32,000 nucleotides of DNA from NCBI RefSeq assembly GCF_000011805.1, contig NC_006840.2; one strand, 5' to 3'. The notes beneath the pieces are model-generated. The model did no database searches. It was not told the DNA's origin and saw only the letters and a list, made by a program, of their open reading frames with translations. Positions 10,189 to 22,211 of the stretch are shown here, in pieces; the first letter of the stretch is position 1; each line of letters starts with the position of its first letter. Position numbers and translations under genes: made by a program. Origin of the DNA: Aliivibrio fischeri ES114. GTDB taxonomy: Bacteria; Pseudomonadota; Gammaproteobacteria; Enterobacterales; Vibrionaceae.

Positions 10189-10959
10189 TCAATTCTCTTC
10201 TTTATTTTCTACATCATCGGATTTCCATCCAACGGCAGCACCAGTGTCATAACGAAGATCTATATAATCTATCGAATCTTTTTTACTTTCTAATTGTTTA
10301 TATAAAGCAATAAAACGTTCAACTCGTTCTTCTCTTGAGTCACGCCCTAATTCTAAACGGATACCGTTATCAAGAACAACCTGCCAAGATAATCGTTCAG
10401 TCAATGCCACGCTATGAACGGTTACATGTATTGGTTCAAATTGCTTTTGCAATTGGTGCCAAAAATCAAGTACATCTTTACTGCTGGTTTCAGGGCCAAA
10501 TAACGCAGGTTTAGGTTCGCGTAAATCACTCATAGGCGCATTAAAAACAACACCTTCTGGATTAACGATAACTCGATTATTCCATGTCGCTTCTGGCTGA
10601 TGCTCAACAACAAAAACCTTAATAGTTTCAGGCCACTGTTTACGTACTGATACTTGGGCTATCCAAGGCAAAGATAATAAAGCATCTTGCAGTTTATTCA
10701 CATCTTGCGTCATAAAAGTGCCGATGGAATCCATAGAATCGATTGCTTCACGAATATCATCAGCCGTAATGTGCTTCAACTGCCCTTGAATAATCATATG
10801 TGATAATGGCAATCGGTCTTCATCTGTCATCCAACTTATCGTCGAAATAACCAACCAAAGCGAAGTAATCACGACTAAAGAAAGAAAAATAGCACCTGGT
10901 AGATGTTTTCTTACTTTTTCTTTATCAAATGAAGTATTCATTTTGACAGCTTTAATCAT
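10189..10959 (-). CDS. ftsQ: Cell division protein FtsQ
   Basis: 256 aa, a single N-terminal TM segment (AIFLSLVVITSLWLVISTISW) followed by POTRA/FtsQ-type periplasmic sequence. It lies directly upstream of ftsA with a 1-nt gap. The start could be the internal ATG (MNTSF). Confidence 0.9.
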   Translation of the reverse strand: MIKAVKMNTSFDKEKVRKHLPGAIFLSLVVITSLWLVISTISWMTDEDRLPLSHMIIQGQLKHITADDIREAIDSMDSIGTFMTQDVNKLQDALLSLPWIAQVSVRKQWPETIKVFVVEHQPEATWNNRVIVNPEGVVFNAPMSDLREPKPALFGPETSSKDVLDFWHQLQKQFEPIHVTVHSVALTERLSWQVVLDNGIRLELGRDSREERVERFIALYKQLESKKDSIDYIDLRYDTGAAVGWKSDDVENKEEN

Positions 10960-11165
10960 ATTAACGTCACAACAATGCCAAAAATAATGTCATATCAATC
11001 AATTTAACCAATAAAAGTAGAGATATAACATTTCAATTAATTTATATAATAATTATAGGGTGCAAAAACCCTCTATCCAAACTCTGATAGCATATTATTA
11101 ATACAATGAGGATTCTATCCCATTATTCGTTTTTTTATTAGAAGTTCTAACTAATTAAACAATAA

Positions 11166-12629
11166 TTATCCTAACTTTTTCATTGTTTCAATATTTAATT
11201 CCATTGAAGCCAATTGCTTAGCTAATTTACCAACATCTCCAGCGCCTTGCGTCAGGATTAAGTCACCTTCTTGAATTATATTCGCTAAAACAGGTGGTAA
11301 TGCCTCTATTGTCGGTACAAATACCGGATCTATTTTTCCACGACCACGGATAGTACGACATAACGCTCGCCCATCAGCACCTGCAATTGGCGTTTCACCC
11401 GCTGAATAAACATCAAGCATGATTAATACATCAACATTATCTAATACATTAGCAAAGTCGTCATATAAATCACGAGTTCGGCTATAACGGTGTGGTTGGA
11501 AAATCATAACCAAACGCTTCTCTGCCCAGCCAGCACGAGCTGCTTTAATGGTTACGTCAACTTCTGTTGGGTGATGACCGTAATCATCTACTAACATTGC
11601 TGAGCCATTGCCAGTTTCAAATTCACCAAGTTGATCGAAACGACGACCCGCGCCTTCAAAGTTTAATAGCGCAGTAAGAATTGCTTCATCTTCAACATCT
11701 TCTTCTGTTGCTACTGCAATTGCAGCGGTAGCATTCAAGGCATTATGTTTGCCAGGGATATTCAAAACAATATCCAAATCAGTACGATCTTTTCTTTGAA
11801 CCGTAAAGAAACTTTGCTGACCAACTTGACGATAATTAATTAAACGTACATCTGCATCATCAGAGAAACCATAAGTAATCACCTGACGGCTCACTTGCGG
11901 TAATAATTCTCGAACAACCGGATCATCAACACACATTACCGCTTGACCATAAAATGGAAGGTTATGTAAAAAATCGATAAACGTTTGTTTTAACGTTTCA
12001 AAATCACCACCATACGTGTCCATATGGTCTGCTTCGATATTCGTAACAATACTAACCATAGGTTGTAGGTGTAAGAATGACGCATCACTTTCATCCGCTT
12101 CAGCAATTAAGAATCGGCTCGAGCCTAAACGTGCATTTGTACCTGCATTCTTAACTAACCCACCATTTACAAATGTTGGATCTAATCCTGCTTCAGAATA
12201 AATCTGCGTAGTTAACGCTGTTGTTGTGGTTTTACCGTGAGTACCAGCGACAGCAATACCATGACGGTAACGCATCAATTCAGCTAACATTTCTGCACGA
12301 CGAATCACTGGAATACGATTTTCTTTCGCCGCTACAATTTCAGGATTACTTGGATCAATGGCAGTAGATACAACTACAACACTCGCTTTTGCAACATTAC
12401 TTGCTTGGTGTCCAAAGAAGATCTCAGCACCTTTTTGTGCTAAACGAACAGTGACTGTGTTCTCAGCCATATCGGAACCACTAATGTGATAACCTTCATT
12501 TAAAAGTACTTCCGCAATACCACTCATTCCTGCGCCACCAATACCAACGAAGTGAATGCACTCCACACGACGCATTTCAGGGATCATGGTTCTTATTTCA
12601 GCTAATTGCAGTTTCTGTTCTTTTGTCAT
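11166..12629 (-). CDS. murC: UDP-N-acetylmuramate--L-alanine ligase MurC
   Basis: [32 protein letters not shown] matches the E. coli MurC N-terminus, with the Mur ligase P-loop GTHGKTTTT. The ATG at 12629 is preferred to the TTG at 12641 in the ORF track. Confidence 0.95.
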   Translation of the reverse strand: MTKEQKLQLAEIRTMIPEMRRVECIHFVGIGGAGMSGIAEVLLNEGYHISGSDMAENTVTVRLAQKGAEIFFGHQASNVAKASVVVVSTAIDPSNPEIVAAKENRIPVIRRAEMLAELMRYRHGIAVAGTHGKTTTTALTTQIYSEAGLDPTFVNGGLVKNAGTNARLGSSRFLIAEADESDASFLHLQPMVSIVTNIEADHMDTYGGDFETLKQTFIDFLHNLPFYGQAVMCVDDPVVRELLPQVSRQVITYGFSDDADVRLINYRQVGQQSFFTVQRKDRTDLDIVLNIPGKHNALNATAAIAVATEEDVEDEAILTALLNFEGAGRRFDQLGEFETGNGSAMLVDDYGHHPTEVDVTIKAARAGWAEKRLVMIFQPHRYSRTRDLYDDFANVLDNVDVLIMLDVYSAGETPIAGADGRALCRTIRGRGKIDPVFVPTIEALPPVLANIIQEGDLILTQGAGDVGKLAKQLASMELNIETMKKLG

Positions 12630-12644
12630 TCTTAATCTCAATTC

Positions 12645-13709
12645 TTATTTAGCGAGGCTTTTTATTGCATTAGCAACACGCACATCAGCATCGATAATTG
12701 CTGCGTCTCGAGCATTACATGCCATTTCGAGTAATTGTTTTCGCTCTAAACCGTTCAGTGTATCAACCAATCCCTGAACTGTTAAATCTTGTTGTTCAAT
12801 CATTTGCGCTGCGCCACATTGTACTAAGTGATCAGCATTCAATGCTTGCTGGCGATCTTTATGCATAAATGGAATAAATATAGAACCAACACCAGCTGCA
12901 GATACTTCCGAAACCGTTAATGCACCAGAACGACAAACCAATAAATCAGCCCACGCATAAGCTTCTGCAACATTATCGATAAACTCAGTTACTTTCGCAT
13001 CAGCAATACCGTTATCACGATACGCTTGTTCTACCGTTTCTTGTGAGCCTTTACCTGCTTGATGCCAGATTTCAATCTCATGACTTAATTGAGGTAATGC
13101 TTCTGGTAATGTCGTATTTAAAATACGAGCACCTTGACTACCTCCCATCACTAATAAACGGATAGGGCCAGTTCTCTGTGCAAATCTTTCTTTTGGATGA
13201 GGTAATTGACATACATCCTCACGAACCGGATTCCCTACAACTTCAGCATTAGGGAAAGCGCCAGGAAATGCTTGGAACACACGTTTTGCTATTTTAGATA
13301 ACCATTGATTAGTTAAACCAGCAACCGCATTTTGTTCATGCAATACAACAGGAATACCTGATAACCAAGCAGCGATACCACCAGGACCACTTACATAGCC
13401 CCCCATTCCTAGTACCACATCTGGTTGCCATGCTTTAATGTGTTTTTTCGCTTGAGATATTGCGCCTAAGATTTGAAATGGTGCAGCTATTAACTTTTTA
13501 AGTCCCTGCCCACGAAGACCTTTGACTTTAATAAAATCAATTTCAATACCATGCTTAGGAACTAAATCTGCTTCCATTCGGTCAGCGGTTCCCAACCAAC
13601 GGATCTCCCATCCTTCACTTTGTAATTGCTTTGCAACAGCAAGGCCTGGGAAAACGTGACCGCCAGTACCACCAGCCATCACTAATAAACGTTTATTTTT
13701 GTTCTTCAT
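12645..13709 (-). CDS. murG: Undecaprenyldiphospho-muramoylpentapeptide beta-N-acetylglucosaminyltransferase MurG
   Basis: [20 protein letters not shown] signature. The ATG at 13709 is preceded by GGAG at suitable spacing, whereas the ATG at 13730 has no SD. It overlaps the ftsW 3' end. Confidence 0.95.
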   Translation of the reverse strand: MKNKNKRLLVMAGGTGGHVFPGLAVAKQLQSEGWEIRWLGTADRMEADLVPKHGIEIDFIKVKGLRGQGLKKLIAAPFQILGAISQAKKHIKAWQPDVVLGMGGYVSGPGGIAAWLSGIPVVLHEQNAVAGLTNQWLSKIAKRVFQAFPGAFPNAEVVGNPVREDVCQLPHPKERFAQRTGPIRLLVMGGSQGARILNTTLPEALPQLSHEIEIWHQAGKGSQETVEQAYRDNGIADAKVTEFIDNVAEAYAWADLLVCRSGALTVSEVSAAGVGSIFIPFMHKDRQQALNADHLVQCGAAQMIEQQDLTVQGLVDTLNGLERKQLLEMACNARDAAIIDADVRVANAIKSLAK

Positions 13710-14895
13710 TTTCACTCCGAGGAGGCTCATTTTCTAAATAGAGACGACATTCATGATCAATACGGATGAGTAACGATACGGCAACTGACATGATAATCAA
13801 ACTGGAACCACCATAACTGATGAGTGGTAGTGTTAAGCCTTTTGTCGGAACAATACCTGCTGCGGCACCAACATTGACCAAGGTTTGAAATGCAAACCAA
13901 ATCCCAATACCAAAAGCTAAAAATCCACCAAAGCGTTGATCATGTTGAAGACATTTTCGCCCAATAAGTAATGCTTTTAATACTAAAGCGAAAATTAAAA
14001 CCAAAATCAGAGTGACACCAACAAAACCTAATTCTTCAGCAACCACAGCAAATACAAAGTCAGTATGAGCCTCAGGTAGGTACTCTAGCTTTTGAATCGA
14101 ATTACCTAAACCTTCACCAAACCAACTACCACGACCAAATGCCATAAGAGATTGAGTTAGTTGGTAACCACTACCAAATGGGTCTTGCCATGGATCTAAG
14201 AAAGAAGTCACACGGCGCATACGATAAGGTTCTGCAATAATCAGAACAATCACTAATGAAATGCCACTCATCACTAAAGCAATAAATTGCCAAAGCTTTG
14301 CACCCGCAATAAATAGCATACCGATAGTAGTGACAAACATTACGATCGTGGTACCTAAATCGGGCTGCAATAATAAGAAAAATGCTAGAGTGATAAGTAC
14401 GATTAATGGTTTAACAAACCCTTTGAAACTTTCTCTCACTTCACCATGGCGGCGAACTAAGTATCCCGAAATAAAAATAAATAGAGAAAGTTTTGCAACT
14501 TCGGCTGGCTGCAAGTTGAAGATACCAAGAGGTAGCCAACGGGCAGCACCATTTACCGATTTACCAACCAGCAACACCGCAATTAATAATAAAATGGATA
14601 CAAATAAAAATTTGCCACTGTATTTTAACCAAGTATCTAATTGGATTCGCAATACAACAGATGAGGCACCAAGAGCCAAACACACAAACAACATGTGACG
14701 AAGCATAAAGTGAAAAGGCTGATCAGTTAAGCGTGTACTAATAGGAAACGACGCAGAACCTACCATGATCAATCCAGTAAGCATTAAACCTAAAGAAATC
14801 CATATCAACTGACGATCGAACATGACTTTAGGTGACGGTGTTAAACACCAATCTTGAATGGAAAAGATCCCTTGTTTAATTCGCTCAAATGCCAA
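13693..14895 (-). CDS. ftsW: Peptidoglycan glycosyltransferase / lipid II flippase-family protein FtsW (SEDS)
   Basis: A polytopic membrane protein with [14 protein letters not shown] (compare E. coli YDRTLLWLTFGL), the SEDS motif PEAHTDF, and the dcw position between murD and murG. The start is uncertain: TTG at 14895 or ATG at 14823. Confidence 0.92.
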   Translation of the reverse strand: MAFERIKQGIFSIQDWCLTPSPKVMFDRQLIWISLGLMLTGLIMVGSASFPISTRLTDQPFHFMLRHMLFVCLALGASSVVLRIQLDTWLKYSGKFLFVSILLLIAVLLVGKSVNGAARWLPLGIFNLQPAEVAKLSLFIFISGYLVRRHGEVRESFKGFVKPLIVLITLAFFLLLQPDLGTTIVMFVTTIGMLFIAGAKLWQFIALVMSGISLVIVLIIAEPYRMRRVTSFLDPWQDPFGSGYQLTQSLMAFGRGSWFGEGLGNSIQKLEYLPEAHTDFVFAVVAEELGFVGVTLILVLIFALVLKALLIGRKCLQHDQRFGGFLAFGIGIWFAFQTLVNVGAAAGIVPTKGLTLPLISYGGSSLIIMSVAVSLLIRIDHECRLYLENEPPRSENEEQK

Positions 14896-14897
14896 AA

Positions 14898-16112
14898 TTA
14901 ACTCTCAATTGAATACTGTTTTGCTAACTGGGTGAATGCATCCCCTCTAGCCATAAAATTTGCGTATTGGTCGAAGCTTGCACATGCTGGAGATAGCATC
15001 ACCATATCGCCTTTATTTAAAGTCGGGTATAGAGTAGCGATGGCTTCATTCATGGTTTCACATAAGAGTGAACGAGGATCAAGTGATACAAATTGGTCGC
15101 CATCTTCACCAAAGCAATACATCATTAAATTTAAATCATGCAGCGCTGGTGATAATTCTGAAAAATCAGCACCTTTGCCTACACCACCAACAAGTAGGTG
15201 TAATTTACCTTCAAGTTGTAAACCAGATAAGGCTGCCAATGTACTTGCTACGTTTGTCGCTTTTGAATCATTGACCCAGCGAATACCATTATTATCTGCG
15301 ACAACTTGGCATCTATGTGTCAATCCATTGTAAGTTCTTAATGTATCTAGTGTTGCATCTAAATTGATACCAGCGGCATCAAGTAATGCAATTGCAACTA
15401 GGCTATTTGCAATATTGTGCTTTCCGACTAAGCCTAATTCATTTGCAGCAAGCAATGGCACTGTATTTTTAGCTAAATACTCAATGCCATCTTTTTCAAT
15501 ACAGCCATAATCGCCTTGGTCAAACCCAAAGCTTTTTAATGTTTTTTCAACGTCAGGATAAGTTTGTTTATCGTCACGATTAACAATACATACTTCGGCA
15601 TGCTCAAAGATACGTAGCTTAGCTTGGCGATAATCCGCCATACCTTGATAACGATCCATATGATCTTCAGACAAATTAAGAAAGGCAGCGGCTTTCAGCT
15701 TTAATGTGGATGTTGTTTCAAGTTGGAAACTCGAAAGCTCAAGAACATAAAGCTCCGCATCTTGCTCTAGTAAATCAAGAGCAGCAAAACCAATGTTTCC
15801 ACCAACGGCTGTTTTTACTCCAGCCGCTTTTGCCATTTCCCCAGTTAAATCAGTCACCGTACTTTTGCCATTAGACCCGGTGATCGCAATAACAGGTGCA
15901 TTCACTGCCCAAGCAAATAACTCGATGTCACCAACAATTTTAATTCCTTTATCAATAGCAGGTTTAAGTTGAGGTGACGCTAAGGCGATTCCAGGATTCG
16001 TGACAATCAGATCAGCGTTAATCAGCCAATCTTGTTGCCATCCTCCAGAATGCAGTTCTACATTTTCAGGCAATTGGTCATGGCCTGGCGGTGTATCACG
16101 AGTATCAATCAC
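14898..16112 (-). CDS. murD: UDP-N-acetylmuramoylalanine--D-glutamate ligase MurD, main ORF lacking its N-terminal ~35 residues because of a frame disruption
   Basis: Mur ligase P-loop [10 protein letters not shown] and collinearity with MurD from about residue 35 (IDTRDTPPG...). The ORF-track 'start' is an in-frame GTG that aligns to an internal Val (KVIDTRD). Confidence 0.9.
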   Translation of the reverse strand: MIDTRDTPPGHDQLPENVELHSGGWQQDWLINADLIVTNPGIALASPQLKPAIDKGIKIVGDIELFAWAVNAPVIAITGSNGKSTVTDLTGEMAKAAGVKTAVGGNIGFAALDLLEQDAELYVLELSSFQLETTSTLKLKAAAFLNLSEDHMDRYQGMADYRQAKLRIFEHAEVCIVNRDDKQTYPDVEKTLKSFGFDQGDYGCIEKDGIEYLAKNTVPLLAANELGLVGKHNIANSLVAIALLDAAGINLDATLDTLRTYNGLTHRCQVVADNNGIRWVNDSKATNVASTLAALSGLQLEGKLHLLVGGVGKGADFSELSPALHDLNLMMYCFGEDGDQFVSLDPRSLLCETMNEAIATLYPTLNKGDMVMLSPACASFDQYANFMARGDAFTQLAKQYSIES

Positions 16113-16113
16113 T

Positions 16114-16221
16114 TTAATTGTTAACGCTTATGGTAGTCTTAAGTAAATGCTTAACAACAGATAAACCTGTCATACCTAAGCCAACTACTACAACATTTTT
16201 TACACCACCAAAACCACTCAT
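16114..16221 (-). pseudogene. murD: Detached 5' segment of murD in a different frame
   Basis: The ATG at 16221 lies 1 nt after the mraY stop. It translates to [35 protein letters not shown], the MurD N-terminal Rossmann GLGxTG motif. It is in a different frame from the 14898-16112 ORF. Confidence 0.75.
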
Positions 16222-16222
16222 A

Positions 16223-17305
16223 TTAACGTACCTTCAATGTCGCTAATGCAATAAGAACCAATAACATAGAAATAATCCAGAAACGCACAATAACGCGAGG
16301 CTCTGGCCAACCTTTTAATTCGTAATGGTGATGAATTGGTGCCATACGGAAAATACGTTGACCACGTAGTTTGTATGAACCCACTTGTAAGATTACCGAT
16401 AACGTTTCAACAACGAATACACCACCCATGATAACCAATAGGAACTCTTGACGAACTAACACTGCAATCGTACCTAGTGCTCCACCAAGAGCCAGTGAAC
16501 CTACATCACCCATAAATACTTGTGCTGGATACGTGTTGAACCATAAGAAACCAAAACCAGCACCAACAATCGCAGCACACACAACCACTAACTCACTCGC
16601 TAACGGAATATGCGGAATATGTAAGTAGTTTGCGAATTGCACGTTACCTGTTGCCCAAGCAATAAAGGCAAAACCTGCAGCAACAAATACCGTAGGCATG
16701 ATTGCAAGACCATCAAGACCATCGGTTAAGTTCACCGCATTACTGGTTCCTACGATAACAAAGTAGGTAAGAAGAATATAAGCAAGACCAAGTTGAGGCA
16801 TTACTTCTTTAAAGAAAGGAACAACTAACTGCGTTGCTGCCGTATCTTTTCCGTAAGCATAAAGAGCAAAAGCGACAACTAACGCAATAGAAGATTGCCA
16901 AAAATACTTCCAACGAGCGATTAGACCATCTGTATTTTTACGAACAACTTTACGGTAGTCATCAACAAAGCCAACAGCACCATAGCCTAGTAGTACAAAC
17001 ATAACAGCCCATACATAAGGGTTAGTTAAATCTGCCCACAAGAACACTGTCACTGTAATTGCAGTTAAAATCATGATGCCGCCCATCGTTGGCGTACCAC
17101 GCTTACTAAAATGTGATTCAGGACCGTCATCACGTACCACTTGACCAATTTGAAGGTTTTGCAACCAAGCAATCAGTTTTGGTCCCATCCATAAAGAGAT
17201 CGTTAATGCCGTGATAATGCTTAAGATGGCTCTAAAACTTAAATATTCAAATAAGCGAAAAAATGGAAAATATTGCTCTAGAAAATTGGATAACCAAATA
17301 ATCAT
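16223..17305 (-). CDS. mraY: Phospho-N-acetylmuramoyl-pentapeptide transferase MraY
   Basis: [12 protein letters not shown]...[26 protein letters not shown]...[16 protein letters not shown] is collinear with E. coli MraY (360 aa). The ATG at 17305 overlaps the murF stop (TAATG). The ORF-track GTG at 17314 is less likely. Confidence 0.96.
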
Positions 17306-18663
17306 TACTGACACTCCTTAAGAGCTGAAACCACTTCGCTCATTCGTGAACTGTTGGCACCTTTAACTAACACGGTAACCTCATTATGTTTAATTAATTG
17401 TAATTCTTTAAGTAAGTATGCATTCAAATCAGAACGTGTTTCAAAATGACGGCCATTACATAGCTCGCTAATCACTTTTGTATCATCACCAAATGTCACT
17501 ACTTGCTCAAATTGATATGGGGCAGCATATTCCCCAACTTCACGATGAAGTGCAAGGCTTTCTTCACCTAGCTCGGCCATATTCCCTAAAACAAGCCAAC
17601 GCTGACCTTTAAATCCACCCAATAAATCCACTGCGGCTTTCATAGCAGGAACACTGGCGTTATAAGTGTCATCGATAACCTTCAATCCAGATGCTAATGT
17701 TTCGACAGCAACACGCCCTTTCACACTACCCAGCTCTTGTAGACCTTGTTGAATGTCATTTAATGATGCATGCGCTTGAATGGCTAACGCAGCAGCTGCA
17801 ACGGCATTCGCTACGTTATGCTTACCAATAATCCCTAAAGAAACTTGAATATTTCCTTTCGGCGTATTTAATTGAAAACTAGGTTCACCAATCGCATTTA
17901 CTTCAATATTTGATGCATAAAAGTCAGCACTAGAGTCATCCATAGCAAAACTAACGACTTGTTTACCTTCAAATAGTGATGACCATTTTGGTAAGCCATT
18001 ACTATCTAGGTTATAAATAGCAATACCGTTTTCTTGTAGCCCTTCAAAAATCTCGCCTTTTGCTTTTGCAACCCCCTCAATAGAGCCAAAACCTTCTAAA
18101 TGCGCCGCTGCAATATTATTGACCAGTGCAACATTAGGTTGTGCTAACTGAGTAGTGTATGAGATTTCATTTTGGTGGTTTGCGCCCAATTCGATAACGG
18201 CAAAATCATTACTTGGTTGAGAGCGTAATAACGTTAACGGAACGCCGATCTCATTATTAAAGTTACCTGCGGTTGCTAACACTTCGCCAGAACGAGTTAA
18301 AATAGAAGCGAGCATCTCTTTTACTGTGGTTTTGCCACAACTACCAGTTAAAGCAAATGTAAAAGTATGACAAACTTGATGTACATGTTTCGCTACTAAG
18401 CCTAACGCCTTTTGTGTGTCAGAAACAATTACTTGAGGAAGTGTCGTATCGACTTCTTTTGATACAAGAAGTGCAGTTGCTCCTTGCTCTTGTACTGCTG
18501 GTATAAAATCGTGGGCATCAAAGCGTTCACCGATAAGAGCAACAAAAAGCCCTTCCTCATCAATGTGTCGACTGTCTGTTGATACTGACGATATTTGACA
18601 ATCAGCCCCAACCAAACGCCCATCACACGCTTTTGCTATTTCGCTAAGTAACATAGTTATCAT
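17305..18663 (-). CDS. murF: UDP-N-acetylmuramoyl-tripeptide--D-alanyl-D-alanine ligase MurF
   Basis: 452 aa, P-loop [13 protein letters not shown], in the dcw position, with an ATGA overlap with murE. Confidence 0.95.
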
Positions 18664-20144
18664 GATTGTAGCCCTAATAATGTTTGTGCGGTTTCACGAT
18701 CAGAGTAATGAACGGTCTTATCCGCTAACACTTGATAATCTTCATGCCCTTTACCGGCAAGTAAAATAATATCGTTCTCATTTGCTTGAGATAATGCAAA
18801 CTGACAAGCTTCAAAACGATCATGAATAACATGTGCAGATTCGGCGTTTTTTAATCCAACTAACATATCATCCGTAATCAAGCTTGGTTCTTCTGAGCGA
18901 GGGTTATCATCACTTAAAATAATCGCATCCGCTTGTTGCTCAACAATGCTTGCCATTATTGGTCGTTTGCCTGTATCTCTATCGCCACCACAGCCGAAAA
19001 TACACCACAACTTACCTTCACAATGAACACGTAATGCTTGCAATGCTTTATCTAAAGCGTCAGGTGTATGCGCGTAATCTACCACCACTTTTGCTTTATT
19101 ATCTGTAGCAAACAGTTCCATTCGACCAATAACTGCATTCAGCTGAGACGCCGTTTGAGCTAAAGCTTGGATGTCATAACCTAAAGAAAGAAGTGCCGCG
19201 AAAGCAACAAGAATATTACTTGCATTAAATGCCCCAATTAAAGGCACTGAAAAAGCAACATTCCCCCAATCAGAAGAGATTGAAAGCTTTATGCCTTCGG
19301 TTGAATAAACAACTGATGTCGCAAATACTTTCTTACCGGAATGAAAAGAGATGTTTTCTTCATTTAAAGAAACCGCGACAGCATGAGGCATCTCTTTTAG
19401 CCATTGGCAACCTACTTGATCATCCCCATTGATGATTGAGTTTTTTGGACGATGAGAAGTAAAAAGTAACTTTTTAGCTTCAGCATAATTTGCCATATCA
19501 CCATGGTAATCAAGATGATCACGGCTTAAGTTAGTAAATACGGCAGCATCAAAAGATAACGCATTAACCCGCCCTTGAACCAAACCATGAGACGACACTT
19601 CTAATGCCGTCAGTTTAGCTCCGATATTCTCAAGTTCTGTCAGTGTTTGTTGGATTTCAATTGGACTGCCAGTTGTGTTCAAAGCTGGCTTAAGATCCGA
19701 CAGTAAGCCATTACCCGTTGTTCCCATTACGGCAGCGGGTTGTTCTAATAATGTCGTCCATTGTGCAATGATCTGAGAAATCGTCGTTTTACCATTAGTA
19801 CCTGTGATACCGACGAGTTGCATGTTTCTCTTATCCGCTTGATAAAAAGCTCCTGCAATCGCACTTAACTGCGTATAAAGAGAATCAATGTAAACAACAA
19901 TAGCGTTATCGATAACCTTTACCGTTCCAGCAATATTCTCTTTATCAGCATCAGCAATAACTGCTACAGCGCCTTGCTCAATTGCCGACGAAATAAATTG
20001 ACGGCCATCCACTGCATGGCCTTTAATTGCTACAAATAAACAGCCTGGAGAAACTTGGCGACTGTCCAATGTCATAGATGAAATCGCCACAGATTGATTT
20101 AAATCGCACCAAGGCAACAGTAATTCAGATAACTGCATCATCAC
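18660..20144 (-). CDS. murE: UDP-N-acetylmuramoyl-L-alanyl-D-glutamate--2,6-diaminopimelate ligase MurE
   Basis: 494 aa, P-loop [13 protein letters not shown], and the DNPR motif ([10 protein letters not shown]) typical of meso-DAP-adding MurE. Confidence 0.95.
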   Translation of the reverse strand: MMMQLSELLLPWCDLNQSVAISSMTLDSRQVSPGCLFVAIKGHAVDGRQFISSAIEQGAVAVIADADKENIAGTVKVIDNAIVVYIDSLYTQLSAIAGAFYQADKRNMQLVGITGTNGKTTISQIIAQWTTLLEQPAAVMGTTGNGLLSDLKPALNTTGSPIEIQQTLTELENIGAKLTALEVSSHGLVQGRVNALSFDAAVFTNLSRDHLDYHGDMANYAEAKKLLFTSHRPKNSIINGDDQVGCQWLKEMPHAVAVSLNEENISFHSGKKVFATSVVYSTEGIKLSISSDWGNVAFSVPLIGAFNASNILVAFAALLSLGYDIQALAQTASQLNAVIGRMELFATDNKAKVVVDYAHTPDALDKALQALRVHCEGKLWCIFGCGGDRDTGKRPIMASIVEQQADAIILSDDNPRSEEPSLITDDMLVGLKNAESAHVIHDRFEACQFALSQANENDIILLAGKGHEDYQVLADKTVHYSDRETAQTLLGLQS

Positions 20145-20148
20145 TTTC

Positions 20149-21888
20149 CTAATTCAATACATCGATATGTTTTACGGTACTTTCATCTGGCGCTACGTTT
20201 AAAATTTGCAACGCATCTTTCATGACCTGACCAAAGATAGGTGCCGCAACTTGACCTGCGTAATACTCATCACCTTGTGGTTGGTTCACGATAGTAACTA
20301 ACGCAATTCGGGGGTTACTGACTGGTGCAACACCTGCTGTCACCGTCATGTATTCATCACTGTAACCACCACGAACCGCTTTTCGTGAAGTACCAGTTTT
20401 AGCGGCAACTCGGTAGCCAGGTACTGCCGCTCTTGTTGCTGTACCACCAGGTTGAGTTACGGTTTCCATCATTTCTAATACCGCTTTTGCATGTTGGCGA
20501 TTAACCACTTGCTTACCCGGTGTTGGTCCAGTTGTTTTCAAAATTGAAAGTGGTCTATATTCACCATAAGCCCCTAATGTGGCATAAGCGTGCGCTAATT
20601 GGATTGGCGTAACCGACAAACCATATCCAAAGGCTAATGTGGCGATCTCGAAATCAGACCAACGACGACGATCAGGGAAAATACCCGTAGCCTCACCAAT
20701 TAAGTTTAAGCCTGATGGGTCAGCAAGACCAACAGCCGCGTATTCCGCTAACAACTCTTGCAAAGGCATTCCTAACGCTAAGTGCGCAACACCGATGTTA
20801 CTTGATTTCTTCAAGATAGTAGTTAGATCGGCTTTACCAACTTTCGAGCTATCACGCACACGACTACCGCCAATACGCATGATGCCATTACCAGTATCAA
20901 TAATCGTATCTAAGTTCGCAGTTCCACCATCTAAAGCAGCTAATACAACAAAAGGTTTTACTGTAGAGCCCGGTTCTAACGTATCGGTAATCACACGGTT
21001 ACGCATTCTAAAGCTTTGTAACTGCTCACGATTGTTCGGGTTATAAGAAGGGGCATTTACCATTGCAAGTACTTCGCCCGTCTTAATATCGATCATCACA
21101 ACTGAGCCAGACATCGCTCTAAAGTCAGATACAGCTTGCTTAATTGCACGGTAAGCAATCGCCTGTAAACGCTGATCGATACTTAGAGTTAATGGCTTCC
21201 CTTCTTGTTTCTCTTTTAGAGAAATATTTTCAACCACTCGGCCATAACGGTCTTTACGTACAGTTCTACGTCCCGGCTCACCAGTTAACCAACCATCATA
21301 ACTACGTTCTACCCCTTCAAGGCCATGACTATCAATACCTGTTACACCAATAACATGGGCACTGATTTCACCAGTTGGGTAATAACGACGTGATTCAGCT
21401 TTTAAACCAATACCCGCTAATTTCAGTTTTTTAATATAGGCAGCAACCGCCGGGGATATTTGGCGTTGAAGATAAATAAAACGACGTTTTTTGTTTTTTT
21501 CAATTTTAGAAATTAACTCTTTACGCTTAAGCCCTAATACATCCGCAAGCGCATACCAGCGTTCAATCTCAGCCAAACCACCTTCTTTATAGATCGTCAC
21601 AGGATCAGCCCAAACCGCATCAACAGGTACACTTACGGCAAGCTGTTCATCATTACGATCAGAGATAATGCCTCTGGCAGAAGGGAGAGATTTAACACGG
21701 ATAGAACGCATATCACCTTGCTTAACAAGGTTATCTGGTTCAATAACTTGGATATAAGCGGCTCGCGCAATAAGAATAGCTAAGGCAAGAAAGACAAAGA
21801 AAACAATAACGCCAAAGCGCCACTGGATAAATGTTGGTGGCGCTTTGGTTATGCGTTTATTGTTTTTTTTTCTATTTGGTAATTTCAT
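20149..21888 (-). CDS. ftsI: Peptidoglycan D,D-transpeptidase FtsI (PBP3)
   Basis: 579 aa, an N-terminal TM anchor, and transpeptidase motifs STVKP, SSN and KTGT. Confidence 0.95.
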   Translation of the reverse strand: MKLPNRKKNNKRITKAPPTFIQWRFGVIVFFVFLALAILIARAAYIQVIEPDNLVKQGDMRSIRVKSLPSARGIISDRNDEQLAVSVPVDAVWADPVTIYKEGGLAEIERWYALADVLGLKRKELISKIEKNKKRRFIYLQRQISPAVAAYIKKLKLAGIGLKAESRRYYPTGEISAHVIGVTGIDSHGLEGVERSYDGWLTGEPGRRTVRKDRYGRVVENISLKEKQEGKPLTLSIDQRLQAIAYRAIKQAVSDFRAMSGSVVMIDIKTGEVLAMVNAPSYNPNNREQLQSFRMRNRVITDTLEPGSTVKPFVVLAALDGGTANLDTIIDTGNGIMRIGGSRVRDSSKVGKADLTTILKKSSNIGVAHLALGMPLQELLAEYAAVGLADPSGLNLIGEATGIFPDRRRWSDFEIATLAFGYGLSVTPIQLAHAYATLGAYGEYRPLSILKTTGPTPGKQVVNRQHAKAVLEMMETVTQPGGTATRAAVPGYRVAAKTGTSRKAVRGGYSDEYMTVTAGVAPVSNPRIALVTIVNQPQGDEYYAGQVAAPIFGQVMKDALQILNVAPDESTVKHIDVLN

Positions 21889-22211
21889 CGTAGTTTTATA
21901 ATTACTTCTTTATCTGGAGCAGGGCGTTCCATATCTAACTCTCGAACTGAGCGAGCTTGAACTCGGCTATGCTCAGCAAGAGCGCTTTCTTCTAAAATTA
22001 AATTACGCCATTCACCATCTAAAATATCTTTTTCAAGCAACAGGTTTTCACGTTGAACCGTCATTTGACGAGTGTTATGAGTTGCTAACACCACGCCTAT
22101 AGCACTCAAAAAGATACAAATTAGTAGAATTGCATGAAGGCGGCCTACACCAAAAATGTCTAGGCCGATAAGTTTTGTAAGACTTGGTTGTGAAGCGGTA
22201 TCTTTACTCAT
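21885..22211 (-). CDS. ftsL: Cell division protein FtsL
   Basis: A 108-aa bitopic protein with a TM segment ([19 protein letters not shown]) followed by a coiled-coil-like region. It lies between rsmH and ftsI with 4-nt overlaps on both sides. Confidence 0.85.
   Translation of the reverse strand: MSKDTASQPSLTKLIGLDIFGVGRLHAILLICIFLSAIGVVLATHNTRQMTVQRENLLLEKDILDGEWRNLILEESALAEHSRVQARSVRELDMERPAPDKEVIIKLR

Noticed and set aside
11054-11075. Hairpin TATAGGG-tgcaaaaa-CCCTCTA downstream of murC as a terminator
   Set aside because: It has only about 4-5 solid base pairs, one mismatch, and no clean U-tract on the minus strand. That is too weak to annotate as a terminator, so it is mentioned only within the murC-ftsQ spacer finding.
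14261-14698. 145-aa + strand ORF antisense to ftsW. The same applies to 14932-15333 and 15068-15274 in murD, 20639-21046 and 21144-21353 in ftsI, 12016-12201 in murC, 12556-12777 spanning the murC-murG junction, and 19229-19432 in murE
   Set aside because: All lie wholly inside, or across the junction of, well-supported minus-strand dcw genes. None has a recognisable domain, and none sits in an intergenic gap.
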